Below, in pieces: positions 50,001 to 59,307 of a DNA stretch of 64,000 nt. Both the position numbers and the translations under genes were made by a program. The notes beneath the pieces are model-generated. The model worked only from the letters and a program-made list of their open reading frames with translations, did not search any database and was not told the DNA's origin. Source of the DNA: Gemmatimonadota bacterium (lineage in GTDB: Bacteria; Gemmatimonadota; Gemmatimonadetes; Longimicrobiales; Gaopeijiaceae); the NCBI GenBank assembly GCA_034521595.1, contig JAXHMG010000003.1, positions 320,001 through 384,000 on the forward strand, read 5' to 3'. Position 1 is the stretch's first letter, and each line of letters starts with the position of its first letter.

Positions 50001-50121
50001 GGGCGCGGATCAGCACCCCGGGAACGAAGCGCTGGACCGCTACGAGGAGCTGCGGGCGGAGATGGACGAGGTGCTCGAGGAGCTCGGGCTGTCGCGGCTG
50101 GTGAGCGAGGAAGAGCGGTAG
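47065..50121 (+). CDS. VPS10/sortilin-like BNR-repeat protein, divergent paralog
   Basis: GPSRGGRV, Asp-boxes, HADNHDLWI and STMGRGFY. Confidence 0.88.
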   Translation: MTTLPRYSVFLSPSRVVPAMFGLVAMALAGVGATAQQGPAEPMAPAAFDEARFADLSYRSIGPSRGGRVTAVAGHPAHPSTFYMGSTGGGVWKTSNRGHSWENISDEYFRDSPAIGAIRVAPSNTDIVYVGTGSDGIRSNIIIGSGMYRSDDAGESWRHIGLAEAGQIGRMVVHPENPDVVYVGAVGNPFGPNEERGLYKTTDGGETWEPKLQIADSVGVYSVVMEPGDPDVIYATTWRAQRDPWSIISGMEASGGGGIYKSTDAGESWEKLTEGLPSGLIGKIDLTISDAAPRRIYALVEAVDEERGVYRSDDAGRTWRQTSNEARLISRPFYFTNIHADPQNPDQLYVGNVRFYRSQDGGETWERRSTPHADNHDLWINPENPRIQVQGNDGGANVTLDGGETWSSIHNQPTAELYQVDVDTRFPYWVYAGQQDNSTIAVPSLPPSEEATSGHEAWWRAMGGCETGPAVPRPDVEPLIVYSNCKGRFGRYSMVTGQEQQYYVGVVDMYGVNPEELPYRFQRTVPIEVSPHDPNLVFHGSQYVHRTTNAGQTWVRISPDLTAFRPERQVVSGAPINRDITGEEHYSTLYAIAASPHSRDEIWAGANDGPVHVTLDGGDTWTEVTPPDMPPEGRINDIAVSPHTPGKVYVAGYRYLLDDWRPYLYRTEDYGETWTHLTPGDNGIPDDNPVRVVREDPDREGLLYTGTERGVYVSFDDGASWHSFQLDLPVTPVTGIQVFRKDLVLSTMGRGFYILDNLTPLHQLDTEIEQAAAHLFEPRAAHRMRYGSGGNAPGAPEFPNPGARIDYWLGDGSADVSLEILDADGNTVRTFRSQDGEEDGPSADPGLNRFLWDLRYPGPQGGGRGPMAVPGRYTVRLDAAGETHEVPLEVLIDPRVRADGTTLVDLELQFEHNMRVRDLISDGRRALERIEVLEERASTEEERAEIREVKRVLLPPEDITVYPPRRLIDQIDYLYGATMGADQHPGNEALDRYEELRAEMDEVLEELGLSRLVSEEER

Positions 50122-50139
50122 CCGACCGGGGAGAAGACG

Positions 50140-50487
50140 ATGCTCGCGCCAGTGCGTTTCGCTTTTTTCCTGTCTCTCGTGTTGCTGAGTTGCACCATCA
50201 GCACGGACCCTTTCGCACGACTGACGGTGTCGGGAACGGCCACGCAGGGGGGTGAGCCCGCTCCGGTGAGAATCCGGCTCACGGCCGGCAACTTCAGCAC
50301 GGCCCGGAATTTCTTCGACGGCAGTTACAGCATCACCGTCGGGGGCGGGGGCGTGCCTGCATCGAACTGCTCGTCGGCCGCCGTGCGTGCCCGGCTGTTG
50401 GACAGCGACGGGGAGACCGTTCTGGACGAAGAGGTTCGCACCCTGGGCGAATGCGGGGAGCACGTGGTGGACTTCGCGTTCCGATAA
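50140..50487 (+). CDS. Small hypothetical lipoprotein
   Basis: LLSC lipobox and GGAG RBS. Confidence 0.6.
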   Translation: MLAPVRFAFFLSLVLLSCTISTDPFARLTVSGTATQGGEPAPVRIRLTAGNFSTARNFFDGSYSITVGGGGVPASNCSSAAVRARLLDSDGETVLDEEVRTLGECGEHVVDFAFR

Positions 50488-50515
50488 CCTCTCGCGGCCG
50501 ACCGGGTGACCACGC

Positions 50516-50953
50516 ATGGCTTCCGCCCTTCGCACGTTCCTCGCGCTCGTAGCGGGTTTCGTTACCGCGACGCTCGGCGTCCTGGCTCTGTCGTCCGTCG
50601 TGGCGCTGATCTTTTTCGACGGTGAGGCAGGCACCGATCCGGGTGCTGCCTACATCGCCTTCAACCTCGCGTACAGCTTCGGATTCGCGGTGGCCGGAGG
50701 CTGGGTGGCCGCGCGTCTCGCGGAGGAACGGCCGCTGCTGCACGGATTCCTCCTCGCCGGCGTCGTCATCTCGCTTTCGATTCCTTCCGCCGTCGAGGGG
50801 CCGCGTCAGCCGGGTGAACCTCTATGGTATCCGTGGGTGCTCATGGTGATCGTCGGAGTAGGTGCTCCGGTGGGTGCATGGATTCGAGCCAGGCGTGAAG
50901 CGCGCGTGCCCGGGCGGGACGCCGGAGTGGACGGGGTCGAGCATGGTGGCTGA
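50516..50953 (+). CDS. Hypothetical 4-TM membrane protein
   Basis: Four hydrophobic segments and a PLWYP motif. Confidence 0.7.
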   Translation: MASALRTFLALVAGFVTATLGVLALSSVVALIFFDGEAGTDPGAAYIAFNLAYSFGFAVAGGWVAARLAEERPLLHGFLLAGVVISLSIPSAVEGPRQPGEPLWYPWVLMVIVGVGAPVGAWIRARREARVPGRDAGVDGVEHGG

Positions 50954-51250
50954 GCGATGAACGGGGTTCGCGTCGCCATCAATCTCGTGCTCATGCTGGG
51001 GCGATCACGCAGGCTTGGATCCGGGGCACCGTGCCGTTGCCACCGGCCGACGAGCTCCACCCGCATCCCGAATACCGCGGTCGTCTCCTGGTCCGGTACT
51101 GGTACCTGTTTCTGCCAGCGATGGTGTCGTTCCTGGGAGCGCTCTGGCTGACTTGAGCTCCTCCGGAGCGCCCACGACGCGGCGAGTCTCCTCGGACGGG
51201 AACAGGTCGGGTATCTTTCTGCGGCCCAAGACTCACAGGAGGAGGACGCG

Positions 51251-52624
51251 ATGACGAAGCACCTCGGCACGGGAACGCTCGAGCGGGATCCGGAGCCACC
51301 CATCGACGAAGCAACACGGACCAAAAACGTGTTCGTGGTCGGGTACGATGCCTATCAGGCGGAGTTGCTCGGTCACCTGGCCAACCGCGACGGCTACGCG
51401 GTCCATCCGCTTCTCGACACGGACGAGCTCCGCGGCGTCGATCAACTCCCGTTCGAGCGGCTTCTTCACGCTGCGGAAGGTCGGCTCGAGCGCTTTCCGG
51501 GACCGATCGACGCGATCGTCACGTTCCTCGACTTTCCCGCCATCGAGATCATGGCGATCCTGGCCGAGCGGCACGGTGCACGAGCGCCGTCGCTCCGGGC
51601 GACGCTCAAGTGCAACCACAAGTATTGGAGTCGGCTCCTGCAGCGTCGAGTCGTCCCCGACCACGTCCCGCCGTTCGCGACGTTCGATCCCTGGGACGAC
51701 GACGCGCTCGAGAATCTGGGGCTCGACTTTCCCTTCTGGATCAAGCCGTTCAACGCGTTCAGGTCCCTCCTGGGCTTCCGCGTGAACGGTCCGTCCGACT
51801 TCGCACGGGCGTTGCCGCTCATCCGGGACGAGCTTCCGCGCATCGCCGCTCCCTTCGGCCAGGTGATGGAGCGGCTCGGCGACGTGCCGGAGCTGCGCGG
51901 GGTGTCGCCGGATCACTGTCTCGCCGAGGGCATCATCGGCGGGCGGCAGTGCACCCTCGAGGGCTACGTTTTCGAAGGCGACGTCGGGGTCTACGGGGTG
52001 GTCGACTCCATCCGGGAGGCGAACCGCTCCTCGTTCTCGCGCTACCAATATCCGTCGGCGCTGCCGCGTCATGTGCAGGATCGCATGACGGAGGTGGTCG
52101 AGCGCGTGATGCCCGAGCTCGAATTCAAGGATGGCTCGTTCAATGCCGAGTTCTTCTACGACGAGCAACGCGAGCGGGTTTGGCTCCTGGAGATCAATGC
52201 CCGGATCAGCCAGTCGCACTGCGAGCTCTTCGAGAGGGTGGATGGCGAGTCGAATCAGAAGGTCGCGCTGGACATCGCGCTCGGCCGGCGACCCGACCCG
52301 CCCTATCGGGAAGGGCGGTATGCGGTCGCCGGGAAGTTCTTCGTTCGCGTCTTCAGCGACGGGGTGGTCCGGCGCGTCCCCCGGGCGTCCGATCTCGACC
52401 GTCTCGAGAAGGAGGTGCCCGGCGTGACCTGGCAGTTGCAGGTGGAGGAAGGAATGCTCCTCTCCGAGCTGCACGATCAGGACAGCTATTCCTTCGAGCT
52501 CGCGTGGCTGTGGATCGGGGCCGACAGCCAACACGAGCTTCTGGAGCGGTATCGACGAGCGGTGTCGTTGTTGGGCTTCGAGCTGGAACGGCCTGACGGC
52601 ACCGTCCAACGTGTGGAACCTTGA
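51251..52624 (+). CDS. ATP-grasp domain protein (amino-acid/peptide ligase-like)
   Basis: FPFWIKP, EGIIGG, FNAEFFY and LLEINARIS, strong RBS. Confidence 0.85.
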   Translation: MTKHLGTGTLERDPEPPIDEATRTKNVFVVGYDAYQAELLGHLANRDGYAVHPLLDTDELRGVDQLPFERLLHAAEGRLERFPGPIDAIVTFLDFPAIEIMAILAERHGARAPSLRATLKCNHKYWSRLLQRRVVPDHVPPFATFDPWDDDALENLGLDFPFWIKPFNAFRSLLGFRVNGPSDFARALPLIRDELPRIAAPFGQVMERLGDVPELRGVSPDHCLAEGIIGGRQCTLEGYVFEGDVGVYGVVDSIREANRSSFSRYQYPSALPRHVQDRMTEVVERVMPELEFKDGSFNAEFFYDEQRERVWLLEINARISQSHCELFERVDGESNQKVALDIALGRRPDPPYREGRYAVAGKFFVRVFSDGVVRRVPRASDLDRLEKEVPGVTWQLQVEEGMLLSELHDQDSYSFELAWLWIGADSQHELLERYRRAVSLLGFELERPDGTVQRVEP

Positions 52625-52641
52625 ACGGGAAGCGCAGCGCG

Positions 52642-54804
52642 ATGTCTTCACGGACCGTGGGATCCGGATCGAGAGCACGCACGGTGGAGCACACGTGGGT
52701 GAGGCTGCGGGACGGGTGTCGCCTCTCCGCGCGGCTCTGGATTCCGGAAGGCGCCAAGGAGCGTCCGGTCCCCGCCGTCGTCGAGTATATCCCCTATCGG
52801 AAGCGGGACCTGAAGCGTCCGCGGGACCATGCGATTCACGCCTACTTCGCCGAGCACGGCTACGCCAGCGTTCGGGTGGACATGCGCGGGAGCGGGGACT
52901 CGGAGGGGATCCTCGTCGACGAATATCTGCTGCGCGAGCAGGAGGACGGAGAGGACGTGTTGCGATGGATCGCGTCCCAACCGTGGTGCGACGGGTCGGT
53001 GGGTATGATCGGGATCTCGTGGGGCGGGTTCAACGGCCTGCAGCTCGCGCAGCGGCGCCCGCCCGAGCTCAAGGCGGTCATCGCCGTCTGCGCCACCGAC
53101 GACCGCTATGCGGACGATGTCCACTACAAGGGCGGGTGCCTGCTCTCGGACAATCTCTCGTGGGCTTCGACCATGTTCGCCTTCAACTCGCTCCCGCCCG
53201 ACCCGGAAGTCGTGGGAGAGCGTTGGCGCGAGATGTGGTTCGATCGTCTGGAGCGGAGTGGGCTGTGGGTCGAGACCTGGATGCGGCACCCCTGCCGTGA
53301 CGAATACTGGAAGCATGGCTCGGTCTGCGAGGATTACGCCGCGATCGAGGTACCGGTCATGATGGTGAGCGGGTGGGCCGACGGATACTCCAATCCCGTC
53401 TTCCGGCTGATGGCCAACCTGAGCGTGCCCCGGTTGGGCATCATCGGCCCGTGGAGCCACGTCTACCCTCACATGGGTAGCCCCGGCCCCCGGATCGGCT
53501 TCTTGCAGGAGGCCTTGCGCTGGTGGGACCAGTGGCTGAAAGGGGAGGAGACGGGCATCATGCAGGAGCCGATGCTCCGGCTGTGGATGCAGGACCACAT
53601 GCGGCCGCGTCCGGAATACGAGCACCGTTCGGGCCGTTGGGTCGGAGAGGACGCGTGGCCTTCACCGAACGTGCGGATCCGTGCCTTCCGTCTCGAGCCG
53701 CAGCGACTCGTGGCGGACCCGGACGCCTCGGGCGGACCGGCCCCCGTGCCCCGTGCGGGAGCCTCACCGCTGAAAGATCTCGAGCTGCCCCCCAGGTCTT
53801 CCCGAGCGGGCGATCCGGACGAGCGCGAGCTCGTCTCCGTGCAGTCCCCTCTGAATGTGGGGCTGTTCGCAGGCAAATGGTGCTCGTACGCCGCGGGGCC
53901 CGATCTCCCGTACGATCAGCGGCTCGAGGACGGCGGGTCGCTCGTCTTCGACACGGAGCCCCTGGAAGAACCGCTCGAGATCCTCGGGGCCCCCATCGTC
54001 GAGTTCGAGTTGGCGACGAACCGTCCCGCGGGGATGATCGCCGTCCGCTTGTCCGACATCGCGCCCGACGACAAGGCGACCCGGGTGACCTACGGCCTTT
54101 TGAAGCTGGCCCACCGCGAGAGTCATGAGACCCCGGAGCCGATGTTGCCCGGACGGGCCGAGGTCGTTCGGGTGGCGCTCGACGGAATCGCGCAACGCTT
54201 CCGGCCCGGGCACCGTATCCGTCTCGCGGTGTCCACGTCTTACTGGCCCTTGGCGTGGCCACCGCCGGAGCCGGTCACCCTCACGCTCCGCCCGTCGGGT
54301 TGCCGGCTTCTGCTCCCCGAGCGCGAAGCTCCGGCCGGCGAGCGCGTGGACGCCCCCGCGTTCGAGGAGCCGGAGGCCGCGAATCCTACTCCGATGACCG
54401 TCCTGGAGGCCCCGCATCACGACTGGCGCGTGATCCACGAGCTGGCCAACGAGCGCTCCACCCTGCACGTGCTCGCCCGGGAAGGGACGTGGCGACTCGA
54501 CGAGATCGATCTCGAGGTGCGGAAGGAAACCGAGGAATGGTACCGCTTCCAGGGAGACCGGTTCACTTCGGTCAGCGGCGAGATTCGGACCCGACGGGGG
54601 CTCCGGCGAGAAGGTTGGTCGGTCGAGACCCTCACCCGCACCGTGCTCTCCTGCACCGAGGACGCCTTCCATATTCACGCCACGCTCGATGCGTATGAAG
54701 GAGGACGGCGCGTGTTCAGTCGGATCTGGGATCCGGAGATCCCCCGGGAGGATGCGCGGATGGTCGGACGTGACGACGGGTCCGCGGGTGACCTCTCGCG
54801 GTGA
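52642..54804 (+). CDS. CocE/NonD family (S15-like) serine hydrolase
   Basis: PYRK, VDMRGSGDSEG, GISWGG, GWADGY and GPWSH. Confidence 0.92.
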   Translation: MSSRTVGSGSRARTVEHTWVRLRDGCRLSARLWIPEGAKERPVPAVVEYIPYRKRDLKRPRDHAIHAYFAEHGYASVRVDMRGSGDSEGILVDEYLLREQEDGEDVLRWIASQPWCDGSVGMIGISWGGFNGLQLAQRRPPELKAVIAVCATDDRYADDVHYKGGCLLSDNLSWASTMFAFNSLPPDPEVVGERWREMWFDRLERSGLWVETWMRHPCRDEYWKHGSVCEDYAAIEVPVMMVSGWADGYSNPVFRLMANLSVPRLGIIGPWSHVYPHMGSPGPRIGFLQEALRWWDQWLKGEETGIMQEPMLRLWMQDHMRPRPEYEHRSGRWVGEDAWPSPNVRIRAFRLEPQRLVADPDASGGPAPVPRAGASPLKDLELPPRSSRAGDPDERELVSVQSPLNVGLFAGKWCSYAAGPDLPYDQRLEDGGSLVFDTEPLEEPLEILGAPIVEFELATNRPAGMIAVRLSDIAPDDKATRVTYGLLKLAHRESHETPEPMLPGRAEVVRVALDGIAQRFRPGHRIRLAVSTSYWPLAWPPPEPVTLTLRPSGCRLLLPEREAPAGERVDAPAFEEPEAANPTPMTVLEAPHHDWRVIHELANERSTLHVLAREGTWRLDEIDLEVRKETEEWYRFQGDRFTSVSGEIRTRRGLRREGWSVETLTRTVLSCTEDAFHIHATLDAYEGGRRVFSRIWDPEIPREDARMVGRDDGSAGDLSR

Positions 54805-54822
54805 AGCGTATGCGCGCGTCGC

Positions 54823-56049
54823 TCACCCCGTTGTGTTCGGCGACCAGCGGACGTGGCCCGCGTGGTCCTTTTCCGAGCGCCTCCGCCGAAGCTCGGTGGC
54901 CAGCTCGGGGGGGATGCGACCCGTCGTGAAGACCATCTCGTAGCGCTCTTCTGGGAGGACGTCTCGGCCCCGCTGGCTTTCGCGGTAGGCCACGGTCCGG
55001 GCAACCTCGAACTCGGTGGCGGGGTGGGGAATGGTATCCTCGCGATCGTGCACCCAGTGTCCGGGGTTCGCGCCCATCTCCGCGGCCAGCGTCGCCCAGT
55101 CCCGCGCTTCCTCGCTGTTCGGATCGGTCCGGGGGAACGTCACGGTGCCGACCGGATAGCGCTCCTCGGCCCATGTGTCGGTGAGCTTGTGGAGGGGGGT
55201 GCGGCGCTCGTCGAGGAACGGGATCCACGACATCTCGAACACGAGAGGGCCCGCCGCCTGCCGTCGCCGCCAGTCTTCGGTGAGGTACCGTTCCCCCGGC
55301 CGTAGCCCCGGGCCGGGTGGCGTCCGGTCGTCGGTTGGGGAGAACACGAGCTTGCCGGGCGTGCCGTCCACCTCGACGACGCCGGTCCAGTACGTCTGGT
55401 AGGCGGTGCTGGAGTGCAACGTGCGCTGAGTCTGCGAGAGGATGTGGCCCAGGGCTCCGAGTCCACGGCGCAGCCCGAGGCGCTGGACGAGCGAAGCGGC
55501 GAACCGGGTCTGGGTCGCGGCGAGGTCGATGAGGTCCCGTTCACCGAGCCCACCGAACGGAGCCTCCGTACCGGCCGAGTCGGCCGTGGCGGCCAGCAGG
55601 TCCATGAAGGCGGCATGGTCGTCCGTGGGCGCGGTGGGATCGTTGAGTCCCAGGAAATCGACGCGCTTCCCCGCTTCGGTGCGGAACGCCAGCATCAGGC
55701 CGAGGAAGTCGGGGTCGGTTTCGAGGTGGGGACACCCGAGCCCCGTCGACACCCGTCCGATGCCTACGTGCTCCGCACCGGGAAAGAACAGGCCGACTCC
55801 GTCCAGGGGAGGGGGCAACGTTTCGTGAACGCTCAAGTCGACCCGGCCACCGGCGACCTGGTATTGGTGGGCGACCCGGTCGGCGCTCGTCAGCTCGGGA
55901 TGTCGATCCCGCAGCCGCTCCTGGATCTCGGGGATGGCGGCGACCTCGCTACGGATGCGGTCGAGGTCCGCTTCATCGGGGCGGAAGGGCCGCCAAGTCG
56001 TCTCGGTCGCTCCGTCTGATCCGTCGTGCCGGAATGTGCCGTCGTCCAT
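54823..56049 (-). CDS. Catalase-related heme protein (short catalase-like fold)
   Basis: RVAH (distal His), GIGRVSTG...DPDFLGL, DFLGLNDP (distal Asn) and RTVAYRESQRGR (RxxxY proximal Tyr). RBS GGAGGG. Confidence 0.6.
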   Translation of the reverse strand: MDDGTFRHDGSDGATETTWRPFRPDEADLDRIRSEVAAIPEIQERLRDRHPELTSADRVAHQYQVAGGRVDLSVHETLPPPLDGVGLFFPGAEHVGIGRVSTGLGCPHLETDPDFLGLMLAFRTEAGKRVDFLGLNDPTAPTDDHAAFMDLLAATADSAGTEAPFGGLGERDLIDLAATQTRFAASLVQRLGLRRGLGALGHILSQTQRTLHSSTAYQTYWTGVVEVDGTPGKLVFSPTDDRTPPGPGLRPGERYLTEDWRRRQAAGPLVFEMSWIPFLDERRTPLHKLTDTWAEERYPVGTVTFPRTDPNSEEARDWATLAAEMGANPGHWVHDREDTIPHPATEFEVARTVAYRESQRGRDVLPEERYEMVFTTGRIPPELATELRRRRSEKDHAGHVRWSPNTTG

Positions 56050-56095
56050 GTCTTCCCTCCAGCGTGGTCGGGGAGGTCGGGGGGCTTCCGCCTCA

Positions 56096-57688
56096 TTACG
56101 GTTCCGGGCGCGTCGTGTCAATGTCGGAATCGGCTGCGGGCGGAGGGGGGTGGTCGTCTCGCAGCGCCCCGATCCCCCGTGCCCAGATCCGTGAGAACTC
56201 GTCGTGCATCTCGCGCTTGAGCCGCCATCCCACGAACCAGGCCAGGAAGCTGAGCAGGCCGAGAACGGCGAGCCACTCGGGCGACACCGTCAGCAGCGTC
56301 TCCACGGGGGCGGCGGTGATCGCCCGGAGCGAGCGCCAGAAGCCCAGAAGGTCCCATCGTCCGAGCTCCTCGACCCCGACGAGCAGCAGGAACAACCCCG
56401 CCGAGGCGGTCAGGAACGCGTAGTGGGCGGCCCGTCGAAGCCAGACTTTACGCCTCACGCGCGCCAGGGGGCTGGGCGATTCCTGGTCGGGGATGGCATC
56501 CAAGGCGTCGCCCACGATCGTGGAGATCAGCTCCGATCGCTCGCCTCCCTCGTCGGCGGTGAAAACCGCTTGGTATTGCCGCGGCAGGTTGCCGGGCGCG
56601 TACCCTTGCGTCGCGTGCGTGATGCGGTCGAATACGCTCGCGTGGATCCGGATGGGTACGCAGTGCAGTGCGCAGAGGGCACCGATGTCCCGGGGGCGGT
56701 ACCGGTAGTAGGCTCCCGGACCCGACCGAGAGTCGTAAAGCTTGTCGTGAACGTTCTGAGCGAACCGGTAGTCGTTCCTCCGGCTCGCTAGGAAATGCAG
56801 ACCCGCGGCCTCCGCCTCCGTCATCATCCAGTCGAGGCTCACGAGTGAGAGACCTTGTTTCGGATATCCACCACCCACGTTGGAGTGCACTCCCGCGAAC
56901 CAGACCTGGACGATCCGCGTGTCGTCTTCCTCCCCCTCTTGGTCCCAAAGCACCGGGTGAAAGGTGTGTCGCTCGTCGTCGATGGCGAGCGCCTGGCAGC
57001 CCTTCTTCACCCGCGGCGAGAGCTTCCGGTTCGGGAAGCGGAAGCGGCGGATCCGGTCCAACACCTCGGCCGCCTCGTCGAACGGAAGGCCCAGCGCGTC
57101 GACCGTGTCCCAGACTCCGATGAACTCGATGCTCACCCCGTCGAACACGTCGTCACGGGTCTTCAGCGGCCGGCCCACCGTGCTCATGTCCTCCGGCTTC
57201 CGGTAACGGCGGTAGCGGCGCCGGTATTCCCGGTACGCTTCGTCGACACGACGGTCGAGCTCGCGCCCGGAGGGCATCCGCATCCCGTCGACGATGCCGC
57301 AGGTGACCACCAAGCCGGCCAGCGTGCGCACCGTGAACGCCCCTCGGCTGAACCCGAAGAGGTAGATCCGGTCTCCCGGGCGGTAGCTGCGGCAGAGCTG
57401 CTTGTAGAGCTCCTTCACGTTCCGCGTGAGTCCCAAGCCGAACGCGCCGCCGAGGATCTTGAGCGGCTTCAGGGACTCGGTACCGACCCCGTCGTCGTAG
57501 AACGCGATCTGCGGCGGGAGCGGATCGCCGTCGTCATCTTCGGGTCGATGTCCGTGCCGGTCGACGGCCTCGTACAGCTTGAAGACGTTGGTGCCCCGTC
57601 CCTTGCCGCCGATGTTGCCCGTGCCGTCGGAGCAGATGACGATGTTCTTGGGAGTGGACGTCGGCGGGGAGGCAGTGGAATGGTCCAC
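56096..57688 (-). CDS. DUF2235 / Tle1-like alpha/beta-hydrolase (phospholipase-like) with C-terminal TM helices
   Basis: CSDGTGN, YDDGVGT, GFSRGAFTVR, GVWDTV, AIDDER and WFAGVHSNVGGGY. Confidence 0.9.
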   Translation of the reverse strand: MDHSTASPPTSTPKNIVICSDGTGNIGGKGRGTNVFKLYEAVDRHGHRPEDDDGDPLPPQIAFYDDGVGTESLKPLKILGGAFGLGLTRNVKELYKQLCRSYRPGDRIYLFGFSRGAFTVRTLAGLVVTCGIVDGMRMPSGRELDRRVDEAYREYRRRYRRYRKPEDMSTVGRPLKTRDDVFDGVSIEFIGVWDTVDALGLPFDEAAEVLDRIRRFRFPNRKLSPRVKKGCQALAIDDERHTFHPVLWDQEGEEDDTRIVQVWFAGVHSNVGGGYPKQGLSLVSLDWMMTEAEAAGLHFLASRRNDYRFAQNVHDKLYDSRSGPGAYYRYRPRDIGALCALHCVPIRIHASVFDRITHATQGYAPGNLPRQYQAVFTADEGGERSELISTIVGDALDAIPDQESPSPLARVRRKVWLRRAAHYAFLTASAGLFLLLVGVEELGRWDLLGFWRSLRAITAAPVETLLTVSPEWLAVLGLLSFLAWFVGWRLKREMHDEFSRIWARGIGALRDDHPPPPAADSDIDTTRPEP

Positions 57689-57701
57689 GGAGGTCGGCGG
57701 C

Positions 57702-59294
57702 TCAGAGGGTCTTCAGGTATTCGACGAGGGCGGTCTTCTCGTCCGTGCCCAGCCCCACGCCGTAGGTGTGGCCGCCGTTCCCGTTTCCTCGGACCGAGGT
57801 GTCGTAGCGCCACCCTTCGTGATCCGGCATGCAACCCCGCTGGAGTCCGGTATCCGGCGGAGCATCGCTCCCCGGGCTGCCCGCGTCCTCGTCACACCGC
57901 TGTGTGATGAAGCCCAGATATCCGGAATCGAGCACGTCGTAGCCCCGGTAGAAGGTGTCGGGCCGTTCGTCGGGCGGCTCGAGCAGCGCGCGTACCGTGG
58001 GCACGGAGCCGTTGTGCAGGTATGGGCCGCGGAGCCAGAGCCCACTGAGGTGGGGGGCGACGTATCCCTCCGGGTCCGGCTTCAGCATGGGGGTCCGCTC
58101 GACGCCGGCCTCGTTGCGCACGGCCCGGTTCGCGCGCTCGGCCGCTTCCTCGGTCCATGCCCACGACCGCTCGGGGTCGGTGCCGATTTCTTCCAGAGGG
58201 ATGACCGTGCCGAGCCGGTTGTCCCGGTTCGGGGCGTGGCAGCTCGCACAGACGGTCTCGAACACGGTCGCGCCTTCGGACGCGAGGGCCGTGTCCACGG
58301 GAAGAGGGTAGTCGGGGGGCTGGGTCGTCATCACCCAGTCTTCGAGCTCCTGCATCCGTCGACGGAAGAAGCGGGAGTCTTCGGCTTCCACCCCGAGGGC
58401 GGAGTCGATGATGAACGAGCGAAGGGACGTCGTCGCGCCGTCGGTGTTGAAGAGCATCAGGCGGGACGGGTCGATGTCCACCTCCGAGAGGTCGGCGGTG
58501 AGCGACATGTCGTCCTCGGGCCACATGCGACCTTCCTGCACGCGCGCCTGCATGTTCCAGATGGCCGGGAAATCGTTGTGGTCGACGCTCTCGTCGACCT
58601 CCATCCCGAGGAAGTTGAACTTGGCCAGGTTCACGGCCGGATCCCGTCCAGGGCCCCAGTCCGGACGATCGTGGGTCCAGGACAACGCCTCGCCCTGCTC
58701 TTGCAGCCGTTTCCGGGTGAGCGGGATGTAGACGAACCTGTAGAGGAGGCGGTCCGTCCAGCTCAGCGGATACGCCATGTCGATCTCGGTCAGGATCGTC
58801 TCGGCGTTGAAGCGCGGGTCGTTCGCCGCTTCGGAAAAGAAGCGCAAGAGCCCCTGGATGTCCGATGTGTGGCTTGGGCCGCCCGGGACCACGGTGGCCG
58901 TCTCGTCCCGCTGTGTCCGGTACTCGGCGGTATGGCAGAGGGCGCAGTTGAAGCCCACGCGTTCGAAGCCCACCGTCTTCTTGGAGAAGCCGGCCGGGAG
59001 CTCCCTCCCCTCCTCCCACGGAAGGCCCAACGAGGCGTAACCGCCGGGGCCTGGGAGGAGGTCGTCGAAGATCCTGGGCAAGACGACCACGATCCAGTAC
59101 GGGATCCCGGCCTGACCCTCCGCCCCGACGGACCCGTAGAGGAAGTTCTGTTCGGGGTTCTCCGTGATCCACGCGGGCTGCGGCACCTGGCGGAAGAACT
59201 TGTACCAGACGAACCCGCCCACGGGAACGGCCAGGATGAGCCCGATCAGGAGGAGCCGCTTGGCCCAGCGCTTGAGCTTCTCCTTGTTGTCCAT
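57702..59294 (-). CDS. Di-heme c-type cytochrome, RoxA-like/MauG-motif family
   Basis: CALCH, CASCH, GPYLHNGSVP and GNGNGGH, N-terminal TM anchor. Confidence 0.82.
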   Translation of the reverse strand: MDNKEKLKRWAKRLLLIGLILAVPVGGFVWYKFFRQVPQPAWITENPEQNFLYGSVGAEGQAGIPYWIVVVLPRIFDDLLPGPGGYASLGLPWEEGRELPAGFSKKTVGFERVGFNCALCHTAEYRTQRDETATVVPGGPSHTSDIQGLLRFFSEAANDPRFNAETILTEIDMAYPLSWTDRLLYRFVYIPLTRKRLQEQGEALSWTHDRPDWGPGRDPAVNLAKFNFLGMEVDESVDHNDFPAIWNMQARVQEGRMWPEDDMSLTADLSEVDIDPSRLMLFNTDGATTSLRSFIIDSALGVEAEDSRFFRRRMQELEDWVMTTQPPDYPLPVDTALASEGATVFETVCASCHAPNRDNRLGTVIPLEEIGTDPERSWAWTEEAAERANRAVRNEAGVERTPMLKPDPEGYVAPHLSGLWLRGPYLHNGSVPTVRALLEPPDERPDTFYRGYDVLDSGYLGFITQRCDEDAGSPGSDAPPDTGLQRGCMPDHEGWRYDTSVRGNGNGGHTYGVGLGTDEKTALVEYLKTL

Positions 59295-59307
59295 GCTCGG
59301 TCCGTGG

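Noticed and set aside
56096-57688. T6SS effector locus
   Set aside because: A Tle1-like domain is present, but there is no vgrG, PAAR, hcp or immunity gene nearby. It sits in an oxygenase operon.
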